Shown here piece after piece: positions 56,595 to 59,764 of a DNA stretch of 59,764 nucleotides. The DNA is from Fidelibacterota bacterium (GTDB lineage Bacteria > Fidelibacterota > Marinisomatia > Marinisomatales > UBA2128), in assembly GCA_046861645.1 (NCBI GenBank), contig JBHHUM010000003.1, positions 1-59,764 on the forward strand. The letters are read 5' to 3'. The notes under the pieces were generated by a model. That model was given only the letters and a program-made list of their open reading frames with translations, searched no databases and had not been told where the DNA came from. Position 1 is the first letter of the stretch. Every line of letters begins with the position of its first letter. Position numbers and translations under genes: made by a program.

Positions 56595-58100
56595 ATGTCA
56601 GCAGAAAAGGAGCAGAGCCTGGCGCAGATTATTCAAATCCGTAAGGAAAAAGTAGCCAGACTGAGGGAGATGGGAATCAATCCCTATCCCTATACCTTCG
56701 ATCGTACTCACTTAGCTAAGGAAATTCTCAATAACTATAGGCAGTTGGAAGGAAAAACAGTCTCTACTGCTGGACGTATTATTTCCCTTCGTCGAATGGG
56801 GAAAGCCGCTTTTTTTCATGTACAAGATGACAGTAGTAAAATACAGGTTTATCTCAAAAAGGATTTAGTAGGGGACGATACATTTGAAATTTTCCAGCTC
56901 CTTGACATTGGGGATATCGTAGGTGTCAAGGGGGAGGTGTTCACGACAAAGATGGGTGAAATTTCCATTAAGTTAACTTATCTAACAGTACTGTCAAAGA
57001 GTATCCGGCCTCTGCCTGGAAGCAAGGAAAAGGAAGGCACTACATTTCACGCTTTTGCTGATAAGGAACAACGCTACCGCCATCGACACCTTGATCTGGT
57101 GGTTAATCCGGATATACGAGAAGTATTTCGTCTGCGGGCACAAATTATTTCTGCCCTCAGAAATTTTCTCGATGAGAACGGTTTCCTCGAGGTTGAAACC
57201 CCTGTCCTGCAACCCCTTTATGGAGGAGCTTTTGCCCGTCCCTTTACGACTTATCATCACGCCCTTGACAGAGAACTCTATCTACGTATTGCTGATGAAC
57301 TTTACCTCAAGCGTCTAATCATCGGAGGCTTTGATCGGGTATATGAGATGGCTAAGGATTTTCGGAACGAAGGGATGGATCACACTCACAATCCGGAATT
57401 TACTATGCTGGAATACTATGCTGCCTATGTAGATTACTTTTTCTTCATGGACTTTACTGAGAAGTTGATTCAAGCTGCTGCAAGTGCTGTGGGCGTGAAA
57501 ACCGTCCAGGTAGGTTCCTCCACAATTGACCTTTTCCAGCCTTACCACCGGGCAGCTTATATGGATCTATTACAGGAAGCTACTGGGGAGGAGATCAATG
57601 TTACCGATGAAAACCAGTTGCGGAGTCTGTGTAAGAAACACGGTTTAGAGATAGAGCAAGGCCTTCATTTAGGAGCTCTCTTTGAGATCCTTATGAAGAA
57701 TTTAGTGGAACCCAATTTATTAGAGCCGACTTTTGTCATTGATTATCCCAAAGCCATTTCGCCATTAGCTAAAGTGAAGCGTAATGATGAAACTGGAGAG
57801 ATCGTGGAAAGGTTTGAACTTTTCATTGGTGGGGGTGAACTGGCTAATTCATTCTCGGAATTAACTGATCCTATAGACCAGCGGGAGAGGCTATTCGCTC
57901 AGGCTGAGCTTAGAAAAAGTGGAGACGAAGAAGCACAAAGTTTTGACGAAGATTTTGTAAGGGCTGTGGAAGTAGGGATGCCTCCGACAGGAGGGGTAGG
58001 TTTGGGTGTTGACCGTCTGGTAATGCTGATAACTGGTCAACACTCAATCCGAGATGTTTTACTCTTTCCTGCTATGCGATCTCTTCCTACCGATGGATAG
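56595..58100 (+). CDS. lysS: Lysine--tRNA ligase (class II)
   Basis: OB anticodon-binding domain (GRIISLRRMGKAAFFHVQD). Class II motifs FRNEG and the ELFIGGGELANSFSELTDP...GMPPTGGVGLGVDRL block. Confidence 0.95.
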   Translation: MSAEKEQSLAQIIQIRKEKVARLREMGINPYPYTFDRTHLAKEILNNYRQLEGKTVSTAGRIISLRRMGKAAFFHVQDDSSKIQVYLKKDLVGDDTFEIFQLLDIGDIVGVKGEVFTTKMGEISIKLTYLTVLSKSIRPLPGSKEKEGTTFHAFADKEQRYRHRHLDLVVNPDIREVFRLRAQIISALRNFLDENGFLEVETPVLQPLYGGAFARPFTTYHHALDRELYLRIADELYLKRLIIGGFDRVYEMAKDFRNEGMDHTHNPEFTMLEYYAAYVDYFFFMDFTEKLIQAAASAVGVKTVQVGSSTIDLFQPYHRAAYMDLLQEATGEEINVTDENQLRSLCKKHGLEIEQGLHLGALFEILMKNLVEPNLLEPTFVIDYPKAISPLAKVKRNDETGEIVERFELFIGGGELANSFSELTDPIDQRERLFAQAELRKSGDEEAQSFDEDFVRAVEVGMPPTGGVGLGVDRLVMLITGQHSIRDVLLFPAMRSLPTDG

Positions 58101-58102
58101 TT

Positions 58103-59314
58103 ATGAGACCTTTACTGCTCATTGCTGCCCGACATCTCCGTTCCAAGCATAAATTCAGTTTTACTTCCTTTATCAGTTACTTAGCTATTGTCGGATTGGC
58201 CATTGGTGTTTCTGTCCTGATTCTTACGTTAGCGGTCCTGGAAGGATTTGAGAGTGCAATAGAACAGAAAATAATCGGCTTTGATGGACATATCCGTTTA
58301 CGGGGATATTTCGACCACAATATACCTGAGAGTGATGAGCGTCTTGATTCCATTTTAACCAACTTAAGTGATATTGCTATACAGCAACCGTACATCAGCA
58401 AACCTGCAATGATTCGCTCTGGCAGGGTAACTGAGGGTATTGTAGTGGAAGGATTACCACCGACAGGAGTTGGTGATGTCATTATCACTCCAGAATTTAT
58501 TACCGAAGGAGAGTTTAATTTGGATAATGATAGAGAGATTGTCATTGGGAAAACACTTGCCTCGGGATTGGGTGTACAAGTAGGGGAAACCGTTACTCTT
58601 CTGGATATGGCTGGCTTGGGTCATCCGAGTCGATCCCCTGGAATAGGAGTATTTCGTGTACAAGGTATCTATGATACAGGGTTGAAAGATTACGATGAAA
58701 CTGTAGTTTATATGTCACTGGTTAATGCCCAAATATTATTCAAAATGCCGGCTCAAATAAGTGGTAGAATATTACGCTTGATTGATAAGAACCAAACTGA
58801 GGCAGTGGCAAAAGCTATAACAACTACCGGTATTCTTTACATTCCAGAGACTTGGCTGGATAGACATGGACTACTCTTTGCATGGCTACAATCTCAAAAG
58901 CGTCCTATGATCATCATTTTCGGCTTGATTGCTCTGGTGGCTATCTTCAATATTTCCTCGGCTCTGACAATGATCGTGATGGAGAAAAATCGTGATATTG
59001 GTGTCATGAGGGCTTATGGATTCTCACGGAGGAAGATATCCCAACTTTTCCTCATAGAAGGTGGGCTTGTAGGTCTTATCGGTGTCGGTTTAGGAATTAG
59101 TCTTGCTCTAGCTGTCGGACATCTTCAGATCCGGTACGGATTCTTCAAGATACCTCCGGAAATATATTTTATGTCACAATTAGCAGTAGAATTTCATGTT
59201 AGACAGTTTATTACAGTAGGCATTTTTGGGTTCTTCCTGGCCCTGATAGCAACAGTTTATCCAGCTTGGAAAGCATCGGGTGTTCAGCCTGCGGAAGCAG
59301 TTCGGTACGAGTGA
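58103..59314 (+). CDS. LolC/LolE-family (FtsX-like) ABC transporter permease
   Basis: TM1 - MacB-type periplasmic domain - 3 TM. N-terminus IAARHLRSKHKFSFTSFISYLAIVGLAIGV is typical of LolC/E. Confidence 0.8.
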   Translation: MRPLLLIAARHLRSKHKFSFTSFISYLAIVGLAIGVSVLILTLAVLEGFESAIEQKIIGFDGHIRLRGYFDHNIPESDERLDSILTNLSDIAIQQPYISKPAMIRSGRVTEGIVVEGLPPTGVGDVIITPEFITEGEFNLDNDREIVIGKTLASGLGVQVGETVTLLDMAGLGHPSRSPGIGVFRVQGIYDTGLKDYDETVVYMSLVNAQILFKMPAQISGRILRLIDKNQTEAVAKAITTTGILYIPETWLDRHGLLFAWLQSQKRPMIIIFGLIALVAIFNISSALTMIVMEKNRDIGVMRAYGFSRRKISQLFLIEGGLVGLIGVGLGISLALAVGHLQIRYGFFKIPPEIYFMSQLAVEFHVRQFITVGIFGFFLALIATVYPAWKASGVQPAEAVRYE

Positions 59315-59764
59315 AAAACCTGACATTAGGTTTAGGACGTCGCTTTCTGATCTCACGCAAACGAGTAGGATTTGTTTCGTGGAGTGCGGTTATGGCCATG
59401 CTTGGTGTAGCGGTTGGATGTTTTGCAGTATTGACTGCTATTGCAGTACTTAATGGTTTTACTAGTGAATTGGAGGGACGTGTTTCTGGTTTCGAAAGTG
59501 ATCTTCGCATTGTGGATGAGTCAATAAATGAGGAACTTCAAAAGCTCATCATGACAACAGTTGCTACCCTGCCAGAAGTGGAAAACAGTGCCAGGTACTT
59601 GGAAAAAAGGGGGATTATCATCAGGGATGATACCAAGTTAGTGGTTAGTTTAAAAGCTGTGGAGATGGATAAACTGAGTTCGGTTTATCATCTTATTATA
59701 GAAACTGAGTTAGAGAGACCCTCCGAGAAACCAGGTATTGTAATAGGTGCTGAATTAGCATCTC
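59311..59764 (+). CDS. Second LolC/LolE-family permease, 5' part (runs off the right edge)
   Basis: GTG 59311 overlaps the upstream TGA (GTGA). My translation is VKNLTLGLGRRFLISRKRVGFVSWSAVMAMLGVAVGCFAVLTAIAVLNGF..., open to the window end. Confidence 0.7.
   Translation, partial: MKNLTLGLGRRFLISRKRVGFVSWSAVMAMLGVAVGCFAVLTAIAVLNGFTSELEGRVSGFESDLRIVDESINEELQKLIMTTVATLPEVENSARYLEKRGIIIRDDTKLVVSLKAVEMDKLSSVYHLIIETELERPSEKPGIVIGAELAS

Overview
This is a 59.8-kb window from a moderately AT-rich bacterial genome. All calls rest on hand translation and remembered family motifs; no searches were run. A PorV-like barrel, a T9SS C-terminal sorting domain, BamD and a DUF5683-like gene suggest an uncultivated member of the FCB (Bacteroidetes-related) superphylum; this is inference. 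From nt 613 to 53133 every credible gene (about 55) lies on the + strand. These genes are tightly packed, with many 1-14 nt start/stop overlaps. Most are housekeeping genes:
- Transport: a TatT/DctP/DctQM TRAP transporter, a CaCA antiporter and cstA.
- Division, envelope and chaperones: ftsEX, hrcA-grpE-dnaJ, ftsH and a lolC/E-like permease pair.
- Cofactor, isoprenoid and folate metabolism: nadD, coaD, ispH, pdxST, dxs, metF and folP.
- Central metabolism: an IDH-family dehydrogenase, a two-gene 2-oxoacid:ferredoxin oxidoreductase and an acyl-CoA mutase.
- Translation, RNA and DNA functions: rsmD, obg, dprA, nrnA, tilS-hpt, prfB and lysS.
- Other: cdaA.

Items worth a second look:
1. The left end (nt 1-670) holds a head-to-head junction of two 5'-truncated genes (glyA and a bacterial PH-domain fragment), next to a 135-bp palindromic element.
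2. An outer-membrane/T9SS cluster spans 5860-14864. It contains a PorV-like barrel with a large acidic insertion, an M6-like T9SS cargo whose HExxH is replaced by LMTGF, and a HEFTH-metalloprotease/PD40-propeller/Omp85-barrel fusion beside a DUF5683-like gene and bamD.
3. A comEA-linked trio (21109-23167) has a pilin-like N-terminal helix, a PilM-like protein and a PilN-like INLF peptide.
4. A ccmE-F-(mini ccmI)-A-B-C-D operon encodes the Cys (CxxxY) variant of CcmE, with no ccmG/ccmH in the cluster. An unlisted 52-codon ccmD is translationally coupled to an archaeal-type (class II) GAPDH-like gene.
5. An AT-rich reverse-strand islet (53134-55222) sits between cdaA and prfB. Its largest reading frame continues upstream through a single in-frame TGA.
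6. prfB carries the classical +1 frameshift site, so the ORF track mis-starts it.

I recognised no rRNA, tRNA, CRISPR array, transposase or integrase.
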